Shown here piece after piece: positions 11,183 to 25,000 of a stretch of 64,000 bases of DNA (position 1 is its first letter; every line of letters starts with the position of its first letter). This DNA comes from Eukaryota sp. TZLM1-RC. Lineage: Eukaryota; Protista; Metamonada: BaSk clade. A model generated the notes under the pieces. The model saw only the letters and a list, made by a program, of their open reading frames with translations, ran no database searches and was not told the DNA's origin. The DNA is taken from assembly GCA_040285825.1 (NCBI GenBank), contig JAUPSS010000004.1, forward strand, positions 6,787,784 through 6,851,783, read 5' to 3'. Both the position numbers and the translations under genes were made by a program.

Positions 11183-12700
11183 GAGGTTTGCAATCACAAA
11201 TTTTTCACTTTGTGATATATGTGATATCACAACTATTACTCACAACATCACATCACAGTGTGATATGTGTGGTATTTCGGGTATATCACATCACAAAAAC
11301 CGAAAATCCATGTCTTTCCCAAAGGACACCAAAACTCAGTGATCAAATATAAACATGTGTATAGTAATCATTACACGTTTATTGTCCAACTACAACAAAC
11401 ACATCTATAAGAACGTATGTGCTAAATAAGCGAACCTGGTTTTGGGGTAAGGTTTCAACTTCGTTTTTCCGAGTTCCTTCAACCAAAAGGCCGGCTGGGC
11501 CTGGTTTTTGAACAAACGTATCATTAGGTGTGATGTTAACATTATTCGGCTTATCCATTCGTTCTTCGCAAAATCCTTTAGAAGTAAAGCAATAGTATGA
11601 GGAATACATTTTGAAGAGAGAATTGTTGGATTCAAAGTCGATAATTCTTGCAATGCTGAACCATTTTCACTGGCTCCATCTAAAGTGATCCAGTAAACAT
11701 TATCAAACTGATTTGTACACGACATGGTGAAATCTATTTTTTCGTCTAAAATGCCAGGGTGATTGATTTCATTGGGTTTGTTCTTGAAATCTTCTACCAT
11801 TTCTAATCCTTTGCCAATAATTGAGCAAATAAAGTTTGCATTAGCTGATTTGCCATCATTTGGTGTTGATCCGAGAAAGAAAGACAATCCATTAACTTGA
11901 ATCAAATGATTGTATTGTAGTGCAGATTTAGTAGAATATCCATACACAGAAAATTCGAATCCGTAGTTTTGAATTCCAGGGACAATTTTCTCGGTGGTAA
12001 GAGAGGTGACCCGAGCAGCTAGTTGTGGAAAATACTTGTTTGGGATGGAGTGTCTTTCGGGACCGGTCCAAGTCTCAGGTAATTGTTGTGAGAATTTCTT
12101 GATGTTTTGCACAAGATTAATTCATGCGATTTTTTCAACCACATAATGTGGAATTCCTAATGAAGTTAGAAAAAGAGCCACCTTCAGATTAAAAGATTCC
12201 AAAACCCCTTTGGACAAGCTCTGTTTAAGAGGACTCGTGTGTGGTTTCGGGGAGGTAACAGTACTAACAATTTGGCGTTCCTTCTTTTTCGTCTGGGAAT
12301 AGGCAAAGTGAGTGTCGTCCTTATCAGCTATATGTTTGCAAAGATCACTGATATAATCTGAGTGATGGAGCTTCTTACATAAAAACAGGTGTTGTTGCAT
12401 TTATCTAGTGCAATAAATGTTGGTTGAAGTAAAGTCACATGCAGCACATCCAAGGTCGCCTTTTTGAGTTTTCGGGTTGAAATTGCGAAACTTGGTCACC
12501 TTCCAAACTGGATTAGATGAAGTAGTTTCCCGCAAAGTGAAGCCTTCAGGCAAAGTGGTGTCATTATGGAAAGTAATTCTTCAACATCAGAAACGGAGAT
12601 ACTAGCAGACATGTGCAAACGAGAGAAAAATCACACAAATCACAAATATCACAGTTATCAATCACAAATATCACAACACAAGAAATTGTGATACCCAAGT
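11183..12700 (-). mobile_element. Degenerate hAT-like DNA transposon (BED finger + DUF659-type transposase)
   Basis: ITLDGASEN, CIPHTIALLLKDFAK, PKTRFAY, FLTSLGIPHYVVE, and CAAC...HL..C zinc finger at ~12380-12450. Dense ATCACA/TGTGAT subterminal repeats at 11190-11300 and 12630-12692. Confidence 0.8.
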
Positions 12701-13059
12701 GTGCACTGATGTTTTCTCAGTGGAAGACTGGTTAACTAACAAAAAGCAAATGCTTGAAACTTCTTATTGATCTTAATTTTCAGTCCAGAATTCAGGAAGC
12801 TATGTTTCAAATTTACCTGACAATTATTTCTTTATCCAGTGTCTATTGCAATCGAGATTCACCCAATTGCCACTGCCTTATAATAAGTGATATTTGCCAC
12901 ATCTTGCAAGCAATTCTAAAGTCATACTTGCTTCTTTGTTTCTTACCTGGAGAGAAAAATTTTTGATCGTCACAACCAGAGCTGGAAACTCCAAACCCAA
13001 AAGCTTTTTTCGCTATTTATGATTAGGATATTTTCAACATGTGATTTTCCTTAGCTGAG

Positions 13060-13700
13060 TGGCGAAAAGAGTGGTATGAAGCTGTTGCAGGGATATTTTT
13101 TGATGGTTTAGATGAATATTTTTATAAGGAAAACTATCCTTTCAGTTTTATACAGAAGAGGTTGAAAATGGTTCCCGAATTGTAATCACCCAAGATTTTG
13201 CAGCCGTTGTTGTAAAGTATTGTTTAAAGCACCAATGTTTTATGGAGGATAATTTTCAGCAGATGAGTTATTGTAAATTCAAGATTACACCTATAAAGAA
13301 GTATATTGCCGGTTATGTTTACTTTTCTGAAAAATTACTCAATAGAATGTTGACGATATCTAATCAGAGAGCGTTGTAGCCAGGCCCACGAACATCCTTT
13401 GTACAAATACTCAATGATCAAAAGACTAATCCGCACAAGTTTTTTGACAAATATACAACCGAATGGCCATCTTTGACCTTTATGACAAATGGAAACAGCT
13501 ACAATGTATTTTTCAGAAAAAAAAAGACAAAGGGTAAGTCGAAAAAAGAAGAAATCGAACAAATCGGCAGTATCAAAAACAATATTACTACCAAGTCCCG
13601 ATATCAAAAGAGGCCAAAAATTACGTCGCAGGAAGTAAAGCTGATGTGTAGAGATGATGCTCTTTTTTCAAGCCTCAATTAAATGATAACATTTGTTTTT
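13060..13700 (+). pseudogene. Possible highly diverged Fanzor1 remnant
   Basis: Manual translation gives FMEDNFQQMSYCKFKITPIKKYIAGYVYFSEKLL...LTFMTNGNSYNVFFRKKK. Order and spacing match the F..P...YI.ID and F.TDG..V.F motifs in the other Fanzor remnants here. No intact DPG seen. Confidence 0.4.
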
Positions 13701-13834
13701 TCTTAGGAGCAAGAACAATTCCAGAACTTGAGCGACGGTCTTTTTTTAGGCATATCCACAAAGGTTTGATTGATTAGGATCTATAACAACAATAAAGTAC
13801 AATTCATTTTCAGGTTTCTTTTGGTCTCACTTGC

Positions 13835-14962
13835 CTTGCAAGCAAGTGAACCAAATGGAGAAAATACAAATGGATACAAATTGTGTTTTGCATGCTGTTG
13901 GGTGAACAATTTGGAAAAAGGTTCATTGTATTTTTGATTTTTGTTAATCTTAAATAGTATTAATAGCTTTAGTAATATAGTTTATTTGTTTGCGCCTATA
14001 AGTACAAGAAGAGAGAATACAATTCCTCTTCGTAATAAATTTCTTTACTTTTATACAGCTATGTCAGACACTAACCAGTTAAGACCATCAATACGTATTG
14101 GGTCGTCCCAGGCTCAGCGTAGGATCCCTGAAGAAGAGACTGGTCCCTCTTCTTCCCCACTAACCGCAGACCAGGCTCCAATGTCCACTTCTTCTGTTGA
14201 AGCTACTGCGCTTTCTGAAGACTTTTCTCTTCCTGAGGGTTCTGCGCTTCCTGAAAACAATTCCCTCCCTTTGGATTCCGCTCCTATAGAAGGAAGTATC
14301 CCTTCTTAGGAGACTGTTCCCGTGGAAGGAGATAACCCTCCTAAGGATTCCGCTCCCCTAGAAGGAAGAAGTCCTTCGTTGGTTTACTATGAGGACGAGG
14401 ACGTTGACGATTCCGTTGCTCCCTCTTCTTCCTCACAACCAATGGAATCTGAAATTGCACCTTCTCCACTCCCTGAAAGAAGCTCTGAAGTACAACCTTC
14501 ACATTCTGCCAAAGGTAGAGAAACGGTTCAACCTCCTCAAGTTACTAATAAAGGAACTGGAGTTCAACCTCCCTCCTCTCAAAAGGATACTGAAGTTCCA
14601 TCTTCATCTCCTTATCCTTAATCTAAGGTTCCACTCTCTCAGCAACTTCCTTCAGTTCCAACTGTGAGGAGAACAAGTCAAAATCCTGCTGTTCCAGCTT
14701 CAGGATCTCCCCTTACTTTAACGACAGTAAGTGGAGTTAACAATTTAACTGTTATGTAATTTACCGAAACCACTTATGGAGAAAGACTCTTTCTATATGA
14801 TAGTCGTCCCGATTATATAGCATCATATTGTGATTACTCAAGCAGAAGATGTAGTATCACACATATTTTGTAAAAGAATTGCAAAATCGGCTTTCTTTTT
14901 CTTGGCCAAGCCAAGTCTAACACCAAAATCCAAGCTTTCAAAAATCTTTGACAATTTTTGTT
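13835..14962 (-). mobile_element. Two diverged fragments related to CRE family 1 (13835-13940 and 14840-14962) split by an insertion
   Basis: Nucleotide similarity to 1795-1895 and 2340-2461 respectively. Confidence 0.75.
13942..14730 (+). mobile_element. LTR-like segment followed by a disrupted Pro/Ser-rich gag-like ORF
   Basis: Starts TGTTA, contains AATAAA, ends near TATACA, then ATG at 14061. Same layout as 54131-54300. ORF has short internal repeats (DSAP.EG..PS) and in-frame stops. Confidence 0.4.
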
Positions 14963-15425
14963 AACGAACAATAAGTGAAATATTTTATCTTTTTGAAAAT
15001 ATATAGCCAGAACAAATCAAAGTAGTTTTAAAAGACTTTTTGAAATTAAAAAAATAAAAACATCAAAAATTATAGTTCAGAAGTCAAAATACGCATTTCC
15101 TTTGAAAAAGGAATTGTACTCGCGGGACTAATTTTGACTGGAGTCTGAATTGGTCGACGAACAGTATCAACAGCTTTACAATTGATACAAGATAAAAGTT
15201 TTCGTTCATTCATAGAATCTGAAACTGTTTTCTACAAATCGGACAACAAATATCATTATTTTGAATAGGGGAAAGAGGACCAGCACTTTGGGCATTTCAA
15301 CAAAGATCAGAGGAATCACAATTTTCAGCAAAATTTAAACTAAGAGTGAAACGGAGCTTTGGCGAAAAATTTACTTCAACTGCTTTTTTGCAATTTCAGG
15401 CATTGTTTCTGCTTCCAAAATTCAT

Positions 15426-15984
15426 TCACTTTGAGAGAATTTTTGATGCGGTTTTCTGACTTGCATCCATCAGGGAGATCATGGTGAGCATATGATAAAC
15501 AGATGAAACAACCAGGCTGGTTTTGCACTCTGAATTGGGGTCAATGGTTTGAGTTAAGTTCAAAGGATCAAAATTGGCAATGAACCTGTTAGACTTTGGG
15601 CAAACAATTTTGTGTTCGCCTAGGGTCAAAACATCTCCCTTAGCAAACTCAATGATCCAGTGAATCATTGGGAGATCATCCCTAATGGCATTGATCAGAC
15701 ACTGAGTAGGAAGAAGAAGAAGGAAGTGGTGGGCCCGGAGAGGGACAAAAAGCTGTTCGGAGAGGAAAAGTTATGGTATAATTAGGGGAAACGAAAGAAG
15801 GATTGTATTTGGAATGGAGAGTTAAAATGCTGATAAGCGAGTCTTCGCAGTAACTGGTTTCTAAAGAACGTAAGGGAGTAGCCCCTTGTGTAAGACGATC
15901 TCTGATAGCCGATGATTTCAGCGTGTATTGTTTTAAGAGTGATTGCAATTCAATAAGTTCAAACGAATAATGTTGTCTTGTCAC
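15426..15984 (-). pseudogene. ADP-dependent glucokinase/phosphofructokinase fragment, internally deleted
   Basis: DDLPMIHWIIEFAKGDVLTLGEHKIVCPKSNRFIANFDPLNL...SSVYHML matches the IH.I.EF..G...P..NRFI...D..N and SG.H signature of the ADP-GK/PFK family. Contains a stop and frameshifts; lacks the C-terminal GLGD motif. Confidence 0.75.
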
Positions 15985-16048
15985 CTTTTAAACCCTTCAA
16001 TCATTACCATCGACCTTCATCACTACACACACCTCTCCTCTCACATCA

Positions 16049-19000
16049 ATGTTTAATGATCTTCGTAGTCCTCTTTCATTACTGACATTGCTTTTCTTTT
16101 CCTTTTTTGGAGTTTGTACATCCACTTGGCAGATAGACTCTGATGTTGAGCTAACTGATCAACGTTTTGAACAAATTGTCGATTTCAGTACAATCTACTG
16201 TACTCTGACAATCAAAGATGGAGGCAGACTCTCGGTCTGGGAAGAAATCAGAGTGTCAAGTCCATCTACTGTTGTGCTCGATGGGGGCGAATTCGTGTTC
16301 TTTGGAAGTAAGATTTCTGGAAATGGTTGGCTTGATATCAGACAGCATAGTAATTCTATCGAGTTTCCTTTTACAATCCTAGGATCGAGTGCAAAGGTGG
16401 TGGATGCATATCTTCGTGTAAGAGGTGCATCTATCAAGATATCGAGCAAAGTTTCCTTCCAAGATAAATGTGATTACTTCGAAAGAGGAATCCTCTTGCT
16501 AGACGATCACACAAATTCTGAAATTATCATTGACAAACCTAATGCTTTAACGGGAAGTTTCGATCTTGTAATGGAGGGTGGCTCTCTGGACTTCAAATCT
16601 AATTCTATTGGTACGTCGTTTAACCTTGATATCAGGAAAGGTATTGTTAAGAATTTATTACCCTCAATTCCAAAAGGACGAAGCTTGAAAATCAGTAATA
16701 ATGTTGTTGTTAGTCAGGCTTTATCTACTTCTTTTGTTGTAAATGGAAAACTTGAATGGGATGTCAGCCCTTCAAGTGAGGTTTCTGGCATTTCCTTGAG
16801 TATTTCTGATTCAGGAGCCACGGCTGACTTGGTAATGCGACGTAGTTTTAATTTCAACTCTGTCACCCTTTCAGCTGGATATTTGAAACTTGATACGGTC
16901 AATACACGTTCTTTTGCCTCCAGTACTGAGATCATAGTTTCAGGTGGTAATTTTAACCTCTTGGGTGATTGGAATACCGTAATTCTAAAGTTCACCAGTT
17001 CTGGTTCTTTCAGGTCATCTAGCAATACCAACATTGGGACGCTTCGTTTAAATGAACTTTCTTCTAGTCTTAATTTAGAGGACACTATTATTTCTAATAT
17101 TGATCTTGGTCAATTAGTTATTAACAATGAGATTGAATTACCCTGGAGATTAGCCAGAATAGTCAGGAAAATTCAAATCACAAGTATTGGTTATTTATCT
17201 CAAGAGAATTGTGGATTATCAGTACGAAATATGTTTCCTGAACTGGAACTTGTTATTGTGTCAGGGGGCAGGTTTAAAACTCACTGTAATACAGATATTA
17301 AGCAAATTACCTCCTCTGGTGATATTGAGATTCCTTCAGGTACAAAAGTAGTTTTTAAATCCTTCACTATGAATAATGGAAAATTAACAGGAGATGGTGA
17401 AGTTGATTTTGACAATGTAGAGTTGAAAAATGGAGAAGTTAGTCTTAACATTCTCGGTTTTTTAAGAACCGTATCTTTGAATATTAATGAAATCACAATG
17501 TCTTCTCCTTTTGTTACTGTCAGAAGCTCGAGAACTGTAACAATTGCAGAAGGAAACCTTTCACTAAACCAACTCACTCTCGCTAATGGAAATTTGATTT
17601 TGTCTTCTCACACTTCTCTAGCACCTTCGTTCTTCATTCACAGTGGTGCTGAGCTTACTTTCAGTAGGGGTTCCTCATCACGATCACTTGAAACATTGAA
17701 TTTAGAAGGTAGTCTTGTGGTGGATCAGTACCTTTCTTGTAATGACTTTTTTTCTTCGAATGGACAATTGTTAGTTGATGATGGAAGACTAGTTACTAAG
17801 GTATTAACACTTGCAAATAGTTCTCCTTATTCTTTGTTAATCAAAAATGGTGATGTTAGGGTCACATCCAAAATAGTGCATACTGGTTCATTCATTGTAC
17901 ATGGCGAGAATGGTGCAATCGACTTTTTTAATTCTGATCCACTTCTCCTTGGTTTAACGGCCAGTGTTCTCAAGAGTCTACATATCAAGGTTTCATCAAG
18001 TTCTTCTCAAGTATTTTCAGACGGTATTTTATTGTTAGACAATGTTTTGTTTCTCTCTGGTACTAGTGAAATTACAAATGTTAACCTTGATGGATCCTTT
18101 TTTACTGTGGGCAGTTCCTCTACAATGTATTTTGGTTCAATTTCATCACAGTTTGATTTAATTGTTGAGGGTAATCTTTATACAACCGGTCCAAACTCCA
18201 TTGAGTTTAATTTATTGGATTTACGCCACAATCTTTTGCTGGGTACTGATCTGGTAATCGATTCATTATCTTGGAATTGTGCCACGATTGAACAGAATGT
18301 CGGTGCACCAAAGCTAGAAGTAAACTCTTTGGTTATCGGTAGTACTGGGTGTGGCTCTTCTAGTACATTTTATTTGGATACAGTTGAGTTAACAGTTTTG
18401 AACGAATTCATTGTTGAAGCTAATTTTATCTTCAATTGTATTGATTGCTTCGTTAAACTTAGCTCGCTTGATATAGATTTTACTTCGTTTTCAGCGATTT
18501 TTAATAATTTTAAGCTGGATGCAGATGAGTTTTCAGTGTTTGAAAATGGAATTTTCAACTTTAACAACTTTGTTTTAAAAGATGGACATTTGGAGTTATC
18601 AAAATGTAAGGTAGAATCTGGTAAAAATGTTCAAATTGATGATGAAACTGTTTTGGAAATTAGCAATTTACAAGAAAATTCTGATTTAGAACTCATAAAT
18701 AAGGGCTCTTTATTCTGTAAGGGAACTTTTGATTCACCTCTTTTTAGTTTGACGCTTCAAGGTACTTTCTCAGCTGAAAGTACTATCGAAATTCGAGATT
18801 TTATTTGGAATTCTGGTTCAGTTAATGGTAAAGTTGAGGTAACTTCATTGTTTTCCTCTCCTAATTCTGGAAGCCGTGTACTTGAGGAAAACTCTTTACT
18901 TGTGTTAAACAATGTTGGTGAAGTTAATTTAGTGGATTTTATTTGCAATTATGGCTGTAAGGGTCTTTTAAATAAGGGAAGCTCTATTCTTGAGGGCGAT

Positions 19001-22000
19001 TTGAAGATAGGTTCTGATGATAATGTTCATGATAACTCTTTATTTGCCAATGAAGGTACTTTTAAGGTTGAAGGTTCTCTAGTTCAGCTACCATTTGGTA
19101 TTTCCAATACTGGTTCAATCACTTTTAGTAATTCGGAATCAATTAATTTACAATTACCCAGTCCTGAATCAACCTCTTTTGACTGTGAAGGTGGAATTTT
19201 CAACTTTAACAACTTTGTTTTAAAAGATGGACATTTGGAATTATCAAAATGTAAAGTAGAATCTGGTAAAAATGTTCAAATTGATGATGAAACTATTTTG
19301 GAAATTAACAAATTACAAGAAAATTCTGATTTAGAACTCATAAATAAGGGCTCTTTATTCTGTAAGGGAACTTTTGATTCACCTCTTTCTAGTTTGACGC
19401 TTCAAGGTACTTTCTCAGCTGAAAGTACTATTGAAATTCAAGATTTTATTTGGAATTCTGGTTCAGTTAATGGTAAAGTTGAGGTAACTTCATTGTTTTC
19501 CTCTCCTAGTTCTGGAAGCCGTGTACTTGAGGAAAACTCTTTACTTGTGTTGAACAATGTTGGTAAAGTTAAGTTAGTGGATTTTATTTGCAATTATGGC
19601 TGTAAGGGTCTTTTAAATAAGGGAAATTCTATTCTTGAAGGCGATTTGAAGATAGGTTCTGATGACAATGTTCATGATAACTCTTTATTTGCCAATGAAG
19701 GTACTTTTAAGGTTGAAGGTTCTCTAGTTCAGCTACCATTTGGTATTTCCAATACTGGTTCAATCACTTTTAGTAATTCGGAATCAATTAATTTAGAATT
19801 GCCCAATCCTGAATCAACCTCTTTTGACTGTGAAGGTGGAATTTTCAACTTTAACAACTTTGTTTTAAAAGATGGACATTTGGAATTATCAAAATGTAAA
19901 GTAGAATCTGGTAAAAATGTTCAAATTGAAGATGAAACTATTTTGGAAATTAGCAATTTACAAGAAAATTCTGATTTAGAACTCATAAATAAGGGCTCTT
20001 TATTCTGTAAGGGAACTTTTGATTCACCTCTTTCTAGTTTGACGCTTCAAGGTACTTTCTCAGCTGAAAGTACTATCGAAATTCAAGATTTTATTTGGAA
20101 TTCTGGTTCAGTTAATGGTGAAGTTGAGGTAACTTCATTGTTTTCCTCTCCTAGTTCTGGAAGCCGTGTACTTGAGGAAAACTCTTTACTTGTGTTAAAC
20201 AATGTTGGTAAAGTTAATTTAGTGGATTTTATTTGCAATTATGGCTGTAAGGGTCTTTTAAATAAGGGAAACTCTATTCTTGAAGGCGATTTGAAGATAG
20301 GTTCTGATGATAATGTTCATGATAAGTCTTTATTTGCCAATGAAGGTACTTTTAAGGTTGAAGGTTCTCTAGTTCAGCTACCATTTGGTATTTCCAATAC
20401 TGGTTCAATCACTTTTAGTAATTCGGAATCAATTAATTTAGAATTGCCCAATCCTGAATCAACCTCTTTTGACTGTGAAGGCGGAATTTTCAACTTTAAC
20501 AACTTTGTTTTAAAAGATGGACATTTGGAATTATCAAAATGTAAAGTAGAATCTGGTAAAAATGTTCAAATTGATGATGAAACTATTTTGGAAATTAACA
20601 AATTACAAGAAAATTCTGATTTAGAACTCATAAATAAGGGCTCTTTATTCTGTAAGGGAACTTTTGATTCACCTCTTTCTAGTTTGACGCTTCAAGGTAC
20701 TTTCTCAGCTGAAAGTACTATTGAAATTCAAGATTTTATTTGGAATTCTGGTTCAGTTAATGGTGAAGTTGAGGTAACTTCATTGTTTTCCTCTCCTAGT
20801 TCTGGAAGCCGTGTACTTGAGGAAAACTCTTTACTTGTGCTAAACAATGTTGGTAAAGTTAATTTAGTGGATTTTATTTGCAATTATGGCTGTAAGGGTC
20901 TTTTAAATAAGGGAAACTCTATTCTTGAAGGCGATTTGAAGATAGGTTCTGATGATAATGTTCATGATAAGTCTTTATTTGCCAATGAAGGTACTTTTAG
21001 GGTTGAAGGTTCTCTAGTTCAGCTACCATTTGGTATTTCCAATACTGGTTCAATCACTTTTAGTAATTCGGAATCAATTAATTTAGAATTGCCCAATCCT
21101 GAATCAACCTCTTTTGACTGTGAAGGCGGAATTTTCAACTTTAACAACTTTGTTTTAAAAGATGGACATTTGGAATTATCAAAATGTAAAGTAGAATCTG
21201 GTAAAAATGTTCAAATTGATGATGAAACTATTTTGGAAATTAGCAATTTACAAGAAAATTCTGATTTAGAACTCATAAATAAGGGCTCTTTATTCTGTAA
21301 GGGAACTTTTGATTCACCTCTTTCTAGTTTGACGCTTCAAGGTACTTTCTCAGCTGAAAGTACTATCGAAATTCAAGATTTTATTTGGAATTCTGGTTCA
21401 GTTAATGGTGAAGTTGAGGTAACTTCATTGTTTTCCTCTCCTAGTTCTGGAAGCCGTGTACTTGAGGAAAACTCTTTACTTATGTTAAACAATGTTGGTA
21501 AAGTTAATTTAGTGGATTTCATTTGCAATTATGGCTGTAAGGGTCTTTTAAATAAGGGAAACTCTATTCTTGAAGGCGATTTGAAGATTGGTTCTGATGA
21601 TAATGTTCATGATAACTCTTTATTTGCCAATGAAGGTATTTTTAAGGTTGAAGGTTCTCTAGTTCAGCTACCATTTGGTATTTCCAATACTGGTTCAATC
21701 ACTTTTAGTAATTCGGAATCAATTAATTTAGAATTGCCCAATCCTGAATCAACCTCTTTTGACTGTGAAGGCGGAATTTTCAACTTTAACAACTTTGTTT
21801 TAAAAGATGGACATTTGGAATTATCAAAATGTAAAGTAGAATCTGGTAAAAATGTTCAAATTGATGATGAAACTATTTTGGAAATTAGCAATTTACAAGA
21901 AAATTCTGATTTAGAACTCATAAATAAGGGCTCTTTATTCTGTAAGGGAACTTTTGATTCACCTCTTTCTAGTTTGACGCTTCAAGGTACTTTCTCAGCT

Positions 22001-25000
22001 GAAAGTACTATCGAAATTCAAGATTTTATTTGGAATTCTGGTTCAGTTAATGGTGAAGTTGAGGTAACTTCATTGTTTTCCTCTCCTAGTTCTGGAAGCC
22101 GTGTACTTGAGGAAAACTCTTTACTTATGTTAAACAATGTTGGTAAAGTTAATTTAGTGGATTTCATTTGCAATTATGGCTGTAAGGGTCTTTTAAATAA
22201 GGGAAACTCTATTCTTGAAGGCGATTTGAAGATAGGTTCTGATGATAATGTTCATGATAACTCTTTATTTGCCAATGAAGGTATTTTTAAGGTTGAAGGT
22301 TCTCTAGTTCAGCTACCATTTGGTATTTCCAATACTGGTTCAATCACTTTTAGTAATTCGGAATCAATTAATTTAGAATTACCCAGTACTGAATCAACCT
22401 CTTTTGACTGTGAAGGTGGAATTTTCAACTTTAACAACTTTGTTTTAAAAGATGGACATTTGGAGTTATCAAAATGTAAAGTAGAATCTGGTAAAAATGT
22501 TCAAATTGATGATGAAACTATTTTGGAAATTAGCAATTTACAAGAAAATTCTGATTTAGAACTCATAAATAAGGGCTCTTTATTCTGTAAGGGAACTTTT
22601 GATTCACCTCTTTCTAGTTTGACGCTTCAAGGTACTTTCTCAGCTGAAAGTACTATTGAAATTCAAGATTTTATTTGGAATTCTGGTTCAGTTAATGGTA
22701 AAGTTGAGGTAACTTCATTGTTTTCCTCTCCTAGTTCTGGAAGCCGTGTACTTGAGGAAAACTCTTTACTTGTGTTGAACAATGTTGGTAAAGTTAAGTT
22801 AGTGGATTTTATTTGCAATTATGGCTGTAAGGGTCTTTTAAATAAGGGAAATTCTATTCTTGAAGGCGATTTGAAGATAGGTTCTGATGACAATGTTCAT
22901 GATAACTCTTTATTTGCCAATGAAGGTACTTTTAAGGTTGAAGGTTCTCTAGTTCAGCTACCATTTGGTATTTCCAATACTGGTTCAATCACTTTTAGTA
23001 ATTCGGAATCAATTAATTTAGAATTGCCCAATCCTGAATCAACCTCTTTTGACTGTGAAGGTGGAATTTTCAACTTTAACAACTTTGTTTTAAAAGATGG
23101 ACATTTGGAATTATCAAAATGTAAAGTAGAATCTGGTAAAAATGTTCAAATTGATGATGAAACTGTTTTGGAAATTAGCAATTTACAAGAAAATTCTGAT
23201 TTAGAACTCATAAATAAGGGCTCTTTATTCTGTAAGGGAACTTTTGATTCACCTCTTTCTAGTTTGACGCTTCAAGGTACTTTCTCAGCTGAAAGTACTA
23301 TTGAAATTCAAGATTTTATTTGGAATTCTGGTTCAGTTAATGGTGAAGTTGAGGTAACTTCATTGTTTTCCTCTCCTAGTTCTGGAAGCCGTGTACTTGA
23401 GGAAAACTCTTTACTTGTGTTAAACAATGTTGGTAAAGTTAATTTAGTGGATTTTATTTGCAATTATGGCTGTAAGGGTCTTTTAAATAAGGGAAACTCT
23501 ATTCTTGAAGGCGATTTGAAGATAGGTTCTGATGATAATGTTCATGATAAGTCTTTATTTGCCAATGAAGGTACTTTTAAGGTTGAAGGTTCTCTAGTTC
23601 AGCTACCATTTGGTATTTCCAATACTGGTTCAATCACTTTTAGTAATTCCGTTCGATTAAAAAAACCTTTCGAAAACAGGGGCTCTGTTTCAATCAAATC
23701 TGATTTTGAAGGTGATGATCAGTTTTTGAATTTCAATTTCTTAAATTTAGGTGAGAACTCTTCTATTTTATGCTCTCTAATATTTAATTCTGACAAAGAT
23801 TCTTCAATCATATGCCATGGTTGCTCAATTTTTTCTCCTGTTGAATCCCATCAAGGGTCTATGCATCTTTATGGCAATGCATTGCTTGCTTTCACGGTGT
23901 TGATGCAACAGTCCTCTTTACAATCACTGAATGCTCTAATAGTTTTTGAGAAGGGTATTACTATGGAGACTTCACAACTGCACGCAGCAGATTCTGTATT
24001 TCTCTTAAACCACCAGAGCTTTGTTGTCTTTAACAGTGAAGTTAATTTGAACAAATGTACGTTTGCTGATGATGGGGTTTTGGATTTGCAAGATTGCGAC
24101 ATTATATTTTTCGAAGTTGAGACGCTTTCTGATTTAATCATAAGCTCTGCTATAGATTATTTGCTATCCAAATTGACCTGTGGTTTTAACATGGTGAAAT
24201 TTTTGGGCCAAGGGTCACCATCCATTGATAACCTCACAACTGAGGATGTTATTATAGAGATTGAAGAAAATGACCTTCTTGTTCATTCCTTTCACAACCA
24301 TGGGACCGTTCTAAAAGGGAGTACTTTGATTATCAAAACCTATTTTCTTTCGTATAATCACTTGTTACTCTTAGATTGTTCAATACTTGAAATTCTTTGT
24401 AATTCTCATATATTTCATACCATAGAGTCCAACAATCCATGTGCTGTGATTGTCAATAATGGGGAGCTTGTCGTTAATGGGAGTCTTATCACACTTCATA
24501 TGGTAGACACTAATGATTTGTTTATCAATAATCTAATTACACATTTTGTCTCTTCACGTAACTCTCCTCTTTATTTAAACTGGGAAGTTCTAACAACTAG
24601 AGGTTCATCTTTAGTTGTTACAGAAGATGTAGTTTTTGGAAAAAACTTGACTGTGGATGGCCTACTTACGTCCAGTAATTCCAAACTTTCCTTGAATGGA
24701 GAAGTGGTTTCCTTTTCAGTAACTTCTGAATTCAATTTAGACAATGTAGATTTGGTTGTGAATGGGAAGATTTTCTTTGATGGTCTATTGGTATTCAGCG
24801 AAGTGAAAATTTCTGGTAGTTCTTCTTTTTATCTATTAACCAACAGTTTTATTGATTCCCTTTCAATCCATAGTTTGAATGTTTTTCGATATTTGGAAAT
24901 TGAGTTGTTAGAAGTGGGAACCTTGGTCATTGATGCTGATCATGAAGTTGATTCGAATGTACATACGGAAAATTTCACCTGGATGAAGGGTGATCTTTTT

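Noticed and set aside
18548-23649. CRISPR-like array
   Set aside because: Spacer-less 645-bp in-frame coding repeats. No short repeat-spacer array seen anywhere in the window.
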